Below, in pieces: positions 8,783 through 17,200 of a stretch of DNA of 64,000 bases. This DNA comes from Patescibacteria group bacterium (GTDB lineage: Bacteria; Patescibacteriota; Microgenomatia; UBA1400; PJMF01). The stretch spans positions 895,835 to 959,834 of the forward strand of contig BOKX01000001.1 of NCBI GenBank assembly GCA_016861205.1. The letters are read 5' to 3'. The notes below the pieces were generated by a model. The model worked only from the letters and a program-made list of their open reading frames with translations. It did no database searches and was not told where the DNA came from. Each line of letters begins with the position of its first letter. The first letter of the stretch is position 1. The position numbers and the translations under genes are program-made.

Positions 8783-10654
8783 ATGACTAATGCGCCACTG
8801 CCCACCCCGTCCCAACCTCCTGTCAAGACACCCCTGCCGCCCAGCGGGTTGGTACCTCAAGTTCAACCCGGAATGAAGCCGCCCACTCCGCCCGTGTCGC
8901 CAGCTCCAACTGCTCCAGCCAGTTTGCCTCCATTGCCAGTTAAGCCAGTTGCTGAAGCTGTCCCGCCAGTTGCTCCAGCCCCAGTGGCACCAACCGCACC
9001 GCTCCCACCTGTTGCGTCTGTTCCACCAGTTTCAGCTGCTCCGAGCATGCCGGCTGCCGTTGGTCAGACTCCAACTGGTTTGCCCCAAGCTGCCAGACCA
9101 ACTATGCCCCCTCCAGCCGCTGGTGCCCCGCCAGCCGGTTTGCCACCAGTTGCTGTGCCGGGAAAACCTGGCCCAGCCACACCGCCTCCGCCAAAGAATC
9201 CACCAACTGCCTCAGCTGGTGGAGCAGCTGGTAAGTCACCGATCGCGGCCGGACCCAAAAAATCAATTTTGCGCTTTTTGCCGTTTGTGGTGATTGCCCT
9301 ACTTATCATCGGAGTGGTTGGCTTTTTAGCGATGCGATTCCTGAATGGCGGTAGTAACACTCCCAGCACTTCTGGAACAAAAACGCCCAACCAAGGTGGG
9401 GCAGCAGCTAGTGCGAAACCTACCAACAAGCAGGTTACCCTGACCTATTGGGGTTTATGGGAACCGAGTGAAGTCATGACGCAAGTTTTGAAAGACTTCG
9501 AAACAGCCAACCCGGGCATCACCGTTCAGTATGTTAAACAATCTCCCAAGGACTACCGAGAGCGGTTACAAACCGCCATTGTCTCGGGCAATGGTCCAGA
9601 TTTGTTCCGTTTTCATGCCAGCTGGGTGCCAATGTTGAAAGCTGAGTTATCACCCATGCCGGGTAGTGTCATGTCTTCAGCTGAGTACCAGAAAACGTTC
9701 TATCCAGTGGCTGCCAAACAGCTCCAGCTGAATGGCCAGTTTGTGGGTATTCCGTTGATGTATGACGGGTTAGCTTTGTACTACAACAAGGACGTCTTGC
9801 AGACAGCTGGTGTGGAACCACCGACCACCTGGAGTGGATTGCGAACGTTAGCTACTCAGCTGACGGTGCGGACCAGTGGTGGCAGTATTGAACGAGCGGG
9901 ATTAGCAATTGGGACTGCTAGCAATGTTGATCACTTTTCAGACATTATTGGTTTGTTAATGCTCCAAAACGGCGCTGACTTAACCAATCCAACCACGGTT
10001 GAGGCGCGTGACGCTTTGACGTTCTACACCAACTTTGCCAAAGTTGACAAAGTTTGGGACAGTACCTTGCCAAACTCGACCACGGCTTTCGCGCGTGGCG
10101 ATGTGGCCATGATGTTTGCCCCAACTTGGCGTGTTCACGAGATTAAAGCTATGAATCCAAATCTAAACTTTGGGATCGCGCCGTTACCCAAACTGGCTGA
10201 GACCCAACTGGCTTGGGCTAGTTACTGGGCCGAAGGCGTCAGCGCCCAAAGTAAAAACAAGGACGATTCTTGGAAGTTGCTTAAGTACTTGAGTTCGCCA
10301 GAGATTATGCAGAAGCTGTATTCTTCCCAAAGCCAAGTGCGCAGTTTTGGTGAGCCCTACTCTCGAGTGGATTTAGCAACGCAGCTGGCTGATGATCCAT
10401 ACGTAGCTCCATATCTGAGCGATGCGCCAGCGGCCCAAGGTTGGTACCTGAGTTCCAACACGTTTGATAACGGTATCAACGACCAGATCATCAAGTACTA
10501 CGAAGATGCCATTACGGCAGTCGCAGTGAACAGTCGAACGGTTTCTGATGTGGTGACCACTCTTGATCAAGGGGTGAAACAAGTTCTGCGTCAATTTGGG
10601 GTGCCGGTTACTTCGACTGGATCGACAACCACTGGTGGAACCACCGGCCGTTAG
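8783..10654 (+). CDS. Extracellular solute-binding protein (family 1-like ABC substrate-binding protein) with a Pro-rich N-terminal linker and a TM anchor; orphan (no permease or ATPase nearby)
   Basis: Body pattern ...TLTYWGLWEPSEVMTQVLKDFETANPGITVQYVKQ...GPDLFRFHASWVPML...VGIPLMYDGLALYYNKDVL... is typical of SBP_bac_1. Roughly 150 aa of PPxP repeats, then the hydrophobic helix FLPFVVIALLIIGVVGFLAM. The ATG at 8783 (MTNAPLP...) is preferred over the GTG at 8747. Confidence 0.7.
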   Translation: MTNAPLPTPSQPPVKTPLPPSGLVPQVQPGMKPPTPPVSPAPTAPASLPPLPVKPVAEAVPPVAPAPVAPTAPLPPVASVPPVSAAPSMPAAVGQTPTGLPQAARPTMPPPAAGAPPAGLPPVAVPGKPGPATPPPPKNPPTASAGGAAGKSPIAAGPKKSILRFLPFVVIALLIIGVVGFLAMRFLNGGSNTPSTSGTKTPNQGGAAASAKPTNKQVTLTYWGLWEPSEVMTQVLKDFETANPGITVQYVKQSPKDYRERLQTAIVSGNGPDLFRFHASWVPMLKAELSPMPGSVMSSAEYQKTFYPVAAKQLQLNGQFVGIPLMYDGLALYYNKDVLQTAGVEPPTTWSGLRTLATQLTVRTSGGSIERAGLAIGTASNVDHFSDIIGLLMLQNGADLTNPTTVEARDALTFYTNFAKVDKVWDSTLPNSTTAFARGDVAMMFAPTWRVHEIKAMNPNLNFGIAPLPKLAETQLAWASYWAEGVSAQSKNKDDSWKLLKYLSSPEIMQKLYSSQSQVRSFGEPYSRVDLATQLADDPYVAPYLSDAPAAQGWYLSSNTFDNGINDQIIKYYEDAITAVAVNSRTVSDVVTTLDQGVKQVLRQFGVPVTSTGSTTTGGTTGR

Positions 10655-10718
10655 ATCCGGTTTTGCATCAACTTCATGTGCAAGTTTGGTTTGCGGTTAG
10701 AGCGGCTATAATAGGCCG

Positions 10719-11618
10719 ATGGCATCGTTATCGACCCAAGTTTTAGCGACCGTGGCCTACTGCGATCAGTTTCAGTTTCCTTTGACGCTCAAAGAAATTC
10801 ATTGGCGGTTGGTGTGGCAACCAGCGTCATCCAAGTCAAAGCCAGAGCAAGTTCCATCGTTAGCCATGGTGCGAACAGCGGTGGAGAGCCTAGTCAAACA
10901 TGGCCAGCTGGCTCGACAAGGCTTGTACTTTCAGTTGGCCAGCTCGCCAAACTGGCAACTGACTCGAGACAGACGTACCAAGGAGAGTGAGCGTAAGTGG
11001 AGTTCTGCTCTGGAGTTAGTGGCTCAAGCCAAGCGGATTCCTTGGATACAAGGAATAGCGGTGACTGGTTCACTGGCGATGAACAATGCCCAGCCAGACG
11101 CTGATATCGATTTTATGATCGTGACCGAGCCAGGCCGTTTGTGGCTGACTCGCTTGTGGGTTACCCTGTTAGCCGTTCGAGCTGGTCGGCGCCGATCTTG
11201 GCACGCTGAAGAGCCCGAGAGTTGGTGTTTTAATCTATGGCTCGACAGCGATCACTTGGCCATGCCCAAAACCCTACAGTCTGTGTATGGCGCGTACGAA
11301 GTAGTGCAGGCAGAGTGGGTGTTTGATCGAGCTCAGATAGCAGCTCGTTTTTACGCGGCGAACAGTTGGATTAAAAACTGGTTGCCAGCCGCGAGTGCTG
11401 ATTTGTTGGGGGAGAAAGAACCTGTGCCGGTGAGGCCACCTGCCGCAAATCCAATCTTAAACTGGTTGGAAAAAGTTGTTTTTAGCTGGCAATTCCACTA
11501 CATGAAACCCCACATGACTCGAGAAAGAGTGGGGGAGAGTTGGGCATTTTTTCATCCGCGTGACACCAAAAAACAAGTTGAGGCGGCTTGGCGAAGAGCT
11601 TGGAAGGATACACCATGA
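10719..11618 (+). CDS. Pol-beta-superfamily nucleotidyltransferase domain protein
   Basis: Minimal nucleotidyltransferase motif GS-x9-DxD (VTGSLAMNNAQPDADIDFMIV). No other recognisable domains. Confidence 0.55.
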   Translation: MASLSTQVLATVAYCDQFQFPLTLKEIHWRLVWQPASSKSKPEQVPSLAMVRTAVESLVKHGQLARQGLYFQLASSPNWQLTRDRRTKESERKWSSALELVAQAKRIPWIQGIAVTGSLAMNNAQPDADIDFMIVTEPGRLWLTRLWVTLLAVRAGRRRSWHAEEPESWCFNLWLDSDHLAMPKTLQSVYGAYEVVQAEWVFDRAQIAARFYAANSWIKNWLPAASADLLGEKEPVPVRPPAANPILNWLEKVVFSWQFHYMKPHMTRERVGESWAFFHPRDTKKQVEAAWRRAWKDTP

Positions 11619-12094
11619 CGACTGAATACCATTTTTTAACACCAGATTTAACCCAAGCTCTACAAGCAGCAAGGAGTAGGGGAGAGGTTGTGGTGCTAGT
11701 GACAGGAGTTTTTGATGTCCTTCATGAGGAGCATGTGGCTTTTTTGCGAAAAGCCAAAGCGTTGGGTTGGTTGTTGGTTGGGGTTGAGTCTGATGTGCGA
11801 GTTGCTGAAATGAAAGGGCCATCCCGGCCTGTTAACCCAGCCCAGAGACGGGTATCGACACTTGAAGAACTGCAGATTGCTGATGCTGTGTTTGTATTGC
11901 CAGATCACTTCAACACGCCAGCAGCTCATGAAGCGTTAATCGCCGAAGTTCGCCCGCGTTACTTGGCAGTGTCTGCTCATACGGCTCACCTCGATAAAAA
12001 ACAGGCGATTTTAGCGAAACATGGTGGAGAAGTTAAAGTTGTGCATGAGCACAACCCTGCTGTTTCCAGCACAATTTTGTTGGCTCAAGGTTGA
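11615..12094 (+). CDS. RfaE domain II-like heptose-1-phosphate adenylyltransferase/cytidylyltransferase-fold protein
   Basis: HxGH-type motif VTGVFDVLHEEHVAFL. Strong resemblance to the HldE/RfaE C-terminal domain (KGPSRPVNPAQRRVSTLEELQIADAVFVL...GGEVKVV...SSTIL versus [29 protein letters not shown]...GGEVLVL...STTNI). The ATG at 11615 overlaps the upstream stop as ATGA, indicating translational coupling; the ORF track start at 11588 is the alternative. Confidence 0.7.
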   Translation: MTTEYHFLTPDLTQALQAARSRGEVVVLVTGVFDVLHEEHVAFLRKAKALGWLLVGVESDVRVAEMKGPSRPVNPAQRRVSTLEELQIADAVFVLPDHFNTPAAHEALIAEVRPRYLAVSAHTAHLDKKQAILAKHGGEVKVVHEHNPAVSSTILLAQG

Positions 12095-12139
12095 CCGCAC
12101 GTTCTTGCTATACTGAGGTAACACAATACGGGAGGTGGT

Positions 12140-12466
12140 ATGCAACTCACACGACACGCGAGCTTAGTTGTTTTGGCAGTAGCGATGAGTGGCGCGCTCT
12201 TGACTGGTTGTGGTTTGACAAAAACAACGACACCGGCTGCTCAGCCAGCGACAGGTGGGGCCCCTGCCGCCGAACAAAAAGTGGGAGATACCACTAAAGT
12301 TGGCATTGTGTCAGAAAGTAGTGGCCGCTTTTACCTCAATGTGACTGGACAACCACCCCAAGAAATCGATAGTTACAGCGTCGACCTATCTGGGTATGTG
12401 GGACAGTCGGTGACTGTGACTGGTCAGTTTAGTGGCAATACCTTATTTGTTGGGAGTATCAAATAA
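12140..12466 (+). CDS. Small lipoprotein (lipobox LLTGC)
   Basis: Signal peptide MQLTRHASLVVLAVAMSGALLTGCGL with a lipobox Cys. 108 aa. Confidence 0.6.
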   Translation: MQLTRHASLVVLAVAMSGALLTGCGLTKTTTPAAQPATGGAPAAEQKVGDTTKVGIVSESSGRFYLNVTGQPPQEIDSYSVDLSGYVGQSVTVTGQFSGNTLFVGSIK

Positions 12467-12467
12467 T

Positions 12468-13559
12468 ATGGCCCAGCCGCAGTGGCAATTTGGCATTGGG
12501 ACAGTGGTGACCACCATCGGCCTGTTGGTAACGGGGTGGTGGTTGATGCTGGTGGTGACACCCGGCCAAGCGGCTGGTTGGCAGCAACGGCTGGAGCTGA
12601 CCATTCGTGAGTGGCGGCTCAGTTTGCCAGGGGATAAATTGGGTGCCGAAGTGCTGCAGGTTGCCGGACATCACCTGGCTGAGTACCCGATTGAAGACCT
12701 TTCGTTTGAACTGTCAGCTACCATAATTGATGCTGATACTCAGTCAGTTGTCACAACCGAATCGAGTGCACACGGAATGGTGATGTGGCCAGTTGGTGGG
12801 CAGCCATTTCAGTTGGACTTAATGGGCCAGTCAAAGTGGGAGTTGCAAGGTTTGACCTTTGAGCCACAAGGCCAATTTAAAGCTGATCATCATAATCTGT
12901 ATCTCAAGTTGAAGGAGCCAATTTGGCCTGTTAAGGGTTTTTATGTTCTGGCAGAGGATTGGGTGGCGTGGCCGTTGCCAGTGGCTGGGCTGGGTAAGAT
13001 GAGTAGTTTTGACTGGACCCAACTTGTGACCCAGTTGGCGTGGTCGCCAGCAGAGAGTGTGGTGGTGGGACCAGAACGACTGTTGCGAACAACAGCCACG
13101 GTATCAGCTGAACAGCTTCAAGCTTGGCTTGGTGACACTCAATCAATTCGATTTCAACCCACGACCGTGACCATTTGGGTTCAGCCAGGAACCTGGGCTG
13201 TCCGCCAAGTTGAGGTGCCCTTTCAGGTAGCTTTTGTACTACCGCCTGTTGGGGTAGGTCAGTCGGACCAGCCGTTTATTCAAACCGACACCTGGCAAAC
13301 TGCCAAGGGCACTTTGAGAGTCATGATTAAACCGACGGCCAACTTTACCCCGATTTCTTTTCCGACTGCCCCACAACGGATCGGTGACTTTTGGCAGCCG
13401 CTGGAGCCGCCGGTGGAAAGTTCTGATAGTGGTGCTGTGTTGGGGGTTGAGCTGCGAGCGCCGGGTCAACCGAACTCACGTCCAACTGAGTTGCCGTTTC
13501 TGTCCACTTGGCAGAAAAACCTGTTGCGCGTCCATGGTTTTGTGGTCGACGAGCGCTAG
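12468..13559 (+). CDS. Hypothetical membrane-anchored protein
   Basis: Start ATG at 12468 (MAQPQWQ...), 1 nt after the upstream stop. N-terminal TM helix IGTVVTTIGLLVTGWWLMLVV. The remainder is Trp/Gln-rich and unrecognised. Confidence 0.5.
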   Translation: MAQPQWQFGIGTVVTTIGLLVTGWWLMLVVTPGQAAGWQQRLELTIREWRLSLPGDKLGAEVLQVAGHHLAEYPIEDLSFELSATIIDADTQSVVTTESSAHGMVMWPVGGQPFQLDLMGQSKWELQGLTFEPQGQFKADHHNLYLKLKEPIWPVKGFYVLAEDWVAWPLPVAGLGKMSSFDWTQLVTQLAWSPAESVVVGPERLLRTTATVSAEQLQAWLGDTQSIRFQPTTVTIWVQPGTWAVRQVEVPFQVAFVLPPVGVGQSDQPFIQTDTWQTAKGTLRVMIKPTANFTPISFPTAPQRIGDFWQPLEPPVESSDSGAVLGVELRAPGQPNSRPTELPFLSTWQKNLLRVHGFVVDER

Positions 13560-13580
13560 GCCCTGATCTATACTTGATGC

Positions 13581-14276
13581 ATGGCTGATATTTTCTCAGT
13601 TCGAGAGTTTGAGTTCCCGTATCGCTATAAATTTCCCGGTCAGGCGAGTAATGAGCACATATTGTTTGTGATTCGTGAAAACCCAGTTATGCTGACTGCC
13701 AGGAGAACAGCAGTGGTCATCGCAGCGATAGCGGTGCTGGTGGTGGGGTATTTGCTGGAACAGTTGCTGCTGAACTTGACTGGTCCAGTGGTGGCCAACT
13801 TGGTGATGGTCGTGAGCTTGGTGCTGGCACTTGGTTTCGGGGTGATTGGTTGGTGGTGGGTGAGCGTCCTGTGGCAGCGAAGCTTAGCGTTGGTCACGAC
13901 CATGCGGTTGATTAAGTTTATTTATACAACTCCGGCTAATCGGCACAGCCTGGCTTTACCGCTGGATATGATTGTCGACACGGGTGCCTACAGCAAGGGT
14001 TTCTTGCAGGCGTTTTTTAAACTGGGAACGTTCACAGCTCGATCGAGCGCCGCTAGTTCAGGGGCAGCCACCGACGATCCAGAGCGTGTAAACAAAAAGT
14101 ACTTTTACATTGAGAACATTGCCATTGCTGAAGATTTGCAACACTACGTATCCAAAGTTCTATATGCATTTCGCCACCATCATGACCAGCTGGCTACTTT
14201 CCGACCCTTCATTCCCCATCTTAAAGGCGACGCCCGCAAAGAATTCATGCGGCAGTATCCAGAGTACTGGAGCTAA
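13581..14276 (+). CDS. YdbS/YdbT-like membrane protein with a bacterial PH (bPH_2) domain
   Basis: Two TM helices (VVIAAIAVLVVGYLL; VVANLVMVVSLVLALGFGVIGWWWV), followed by the segment LVTTMRLIKF...LALPLDMIVDTGAYSKGFLQAFFKLGTF, which matches the bPH_2 fold pattern. Confidence 0.5.
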   Translation: MADIFSVREFEFPYRYKFPGQASNEHILFVIRENPVMLTARRTAVVIAAIAVLVVGYLLEQLLLNLTGPVVANLVMVVSLVLALGFGVIGWWWVSVLWQRSLALVTTMRLIKFIYTTPANRHSLALPLDMIVDTGAYSKGFLQAFFKLGTFTARSSAASSGAATDDPERVNKKYFYIENIAIAEDLQHYVSKVLYAFRHHHDQLATFRPFIPHLKGDARKEFMRQYPEYWS

Positions 14277-14281
14277 GTAAC

Positions 14282-17200
14282 ATGGTGACTGAACTATCTG
14301 CCAGCCCCCAGCCAAGTGAGTCAGTTGCAGCAACCAAGGTAGTGAAAGTTGAGTCACCTGTCGTTGTGCAGAGTACTGGCAAGCCCAGCGAGAGCCAACC
14401 TCAGACAGACTCCGATCCTGAGCTGAAGGAAGCCATCAGGGCATGGGCAGCTTGGGGAGATTTCGAGGCAAAAAAAGAAGTGATCTTCGGACTGACACAG
14501 AAGCTACTAACCACGCTTCGATACCACCGGCGCCATTTATCTGAAGATGAGTATCGAGAAAAGGTGAAAAAAGACGTTGTTCCACTTTTGCTGTTTCCCG
14601 ACAGGCAGCCCCTGCGCAGTTGGGCGGATGTGTTTGGAAGTGAAGATGCGGGCCGGTTGTTTCCTTCCTCGACCGATCGGGAAGATAGAAATTACCGGTT
14701 GGTGCAGGCTGTTTTTTCAGACCCTGAAGTGCAAGCTTTGATTCCCCCCGATTTGCTGGTTGAGTCAATCAATCAGGAACTTGATCTCGGTGGTGACAAG
14801 CCCTGGCGAATGATGATGTTGCTGGTAGCAGAGTCGATGATGGCGACTCAGTTCTTTTTCTCGCCAGAACAGATCAATCAACCAGGCGGAGCCAAGCCGG
14901 TGCTGATGAGGGAACAACTGAATCCGCTCACGTACGCGTTAACAAAATGGTTCATGCAGAATGACGAACAAGCATTTTTTAAGTTGCAGTATGACTCTGA
15001 TGCTTTGCGGGTGGTGACGGCTTACGCTGATATCTACGGTTTTTTGGACCCTAGCACACCTGATGGTCGTGAGCGCCTCATGCGTCTCGACTATGCGGCC
15101 TTAAACATGCCCTGGTATCGTGATCACCGGGTGCAGCCCAAAATAACGTTTGAGTCAGGTGCCTTTCAAAAGACACAGTCACATTACCTTAAATCGCTCA
15201 AGAGAGTGCCTCAAAAAGTTGATGAGTACTTACGAGCCAAAAAGACAGAAGCTGAGCTTGTTTCACCAGGCTACTCCGCCGACTACGAAGCAAGAGTGAA
15301 ACACCAAGCAGAGTTGGGTAGGTCTAACTTAGAGTCGTTCCGAACTCGACGCAACCTTCGTCAAACACTCACTATGCTGTGGCAGCACTATCTTGGTCAA
15401 GAATGGGGTTTGGTTGAACGGGCTTTGAAGCCCCAGCCGAAGACGGGCGAGAAGTCTGCCACTCAACCAGCGATGCTGGCTATGCTCGAAATCGAGAAGT
15501 GCCTGCAACGAGAGCGCGACTCTTTTCACTCGATTTTTTTGCGCTTAGAACGCATCTTAGCTGAGCAGAGCAAACTAACATTTTCACACAAAATTGAAAA
15601 CAGAACCCACAGGGTAGCTGTGACCATGCTGCTAGTGGAGAGTTGTTACTTGATCGCTGTTGAAAACGCTCGAGCGGGGGACGCTGGGCGGCTCAATAGA
15701 ATTTACGGCCAATTTTTGGAGCGGTATGGGGGAAAAATTGACAAGCTGTGTGACATTGACCCTTTTGCCAATAGCCAAGTTGAGCCAAAGAAGCTTGGTG
15801 CGTTTGATACTGCCGATTACGAACGCCGCTTAGCACATGCAAACCAAGTTCTAAGAGCTTCTCCCAATGCTGGGTTTATTGATGCCGAGATGATGGAAAA
15901 CTATGCAGTTTATGAAACTCGAGTGAGAGCCATTCAGCAAATCATGAACCAGATGAGGCAACTGACTGCGGATAGCTACCAGGAGGAACGTTTTCAGAAA
16001 ACCGGCGACTACCTTGATTACTATCACTGGAAGCAACTGCCCGAGTTTAGTCGATTTGCATCTTGGCCATTTTTGAGATTACTCTTGCCGGCCATGATTA
16101 TCACTCTCAGTTCACCAATCGTTATTGGAGATGAGTACAGTGAAAGTTTGAGTAAACCGGTGCCAAACATGTTATTTGGCATTTCATTAGCGGTTGTTAT
16201 TACTTCAGGCTACTTTCTTTTTCTTGAGAGAAAACGCAAAGAACGGTTCATGAACTTAGACGTCTCGATGGTTGATGAGTTACGTCGGGTAAAAATTGAG
16301 GATGCTGACGCAGACGAAATGCTAGCTCGGGTTGCGCAAGCTGCTGAGACCGCGCAGGAAACTTTGATTGCAGGCGGTGATCGGCGAGACTTTCTGCGAT
16401 TTTTTAGCGAACAGTTAGTCGCGATCACAGCTATCATTGCGGTCATCACGGCTCTGTACTGGATGGGAACACAAGACAATTTGTTTGAGCTTGAAGACGC
16501 TCCGAAGCTGGCTAACGTACTCGGTGTTGGCGAATCAGAGGCGAAAGAAGTTAAACCCGAACAAGAAGAGGGTAGTTTTGGCGACGAGACTTTGGATGAG
16601 AGCGGATCTACAAACATAGAATCTTTGTCTGCGACGCTCAACATTGAGAATAAAGATTTTGTATCGCCACCACCCAGTATTCTTCTCAATTACCGCGGGT
16701 CAGAGCGACCGCGGTTTGCCGGTGGCAATGTTTGCACGGTACGGCCAGACCAGCCCAGACTTGAGTGTTCAGTCGGAGAGCAGTTGCCACCTGAGTTAGC
16801 AGCGATGCGAGTGGTTGAAGCTGATGACATGACCGAGTTCTCTTCAAGAGTCGAGAGTTATGTAAGCCAAGGGTTTTTAGTGCAGCAAGTAGGGCAGAAG
16901 AACACGTTCTTTGAACCCATAGCCCAAACCGTTCCTTATCAGTTGGTTGTTTTTCGAGGTGATGGCGCCAGTGGAAGCTTGGGTGTGCAGGTTTGGGAAT
17001 CTGGCTTGGTAGTAATTGAGGGTGAGTTTTATCGAGCGGCTTTAGTATCTCAAGTAACAGATGAGCAATCGAGCGTTTTGCCAATGACAGTTCCGGCTAG
17101 TGAGTCACCGAACTTGGATTGGGAGACCATTGCTACCGATCCCGAACTGCAGAACTTCAATGAACTGGTGGCTTTTGTACGTGGCCTGCTGGAGATGCGT

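Noticed and set aside
8863-9429. Overlapping ORFs (8863-9048 minus, 8949-9293 plus, 9064-9429 minus) within the Pro-rich N-terminal region of the solute-binding protein gene.
   Set aside because: Low-complexity, Pro/Ala/Gly-rich translations that are typical frame-shadow artefacts of a CCN/GCN-repeat coding region.
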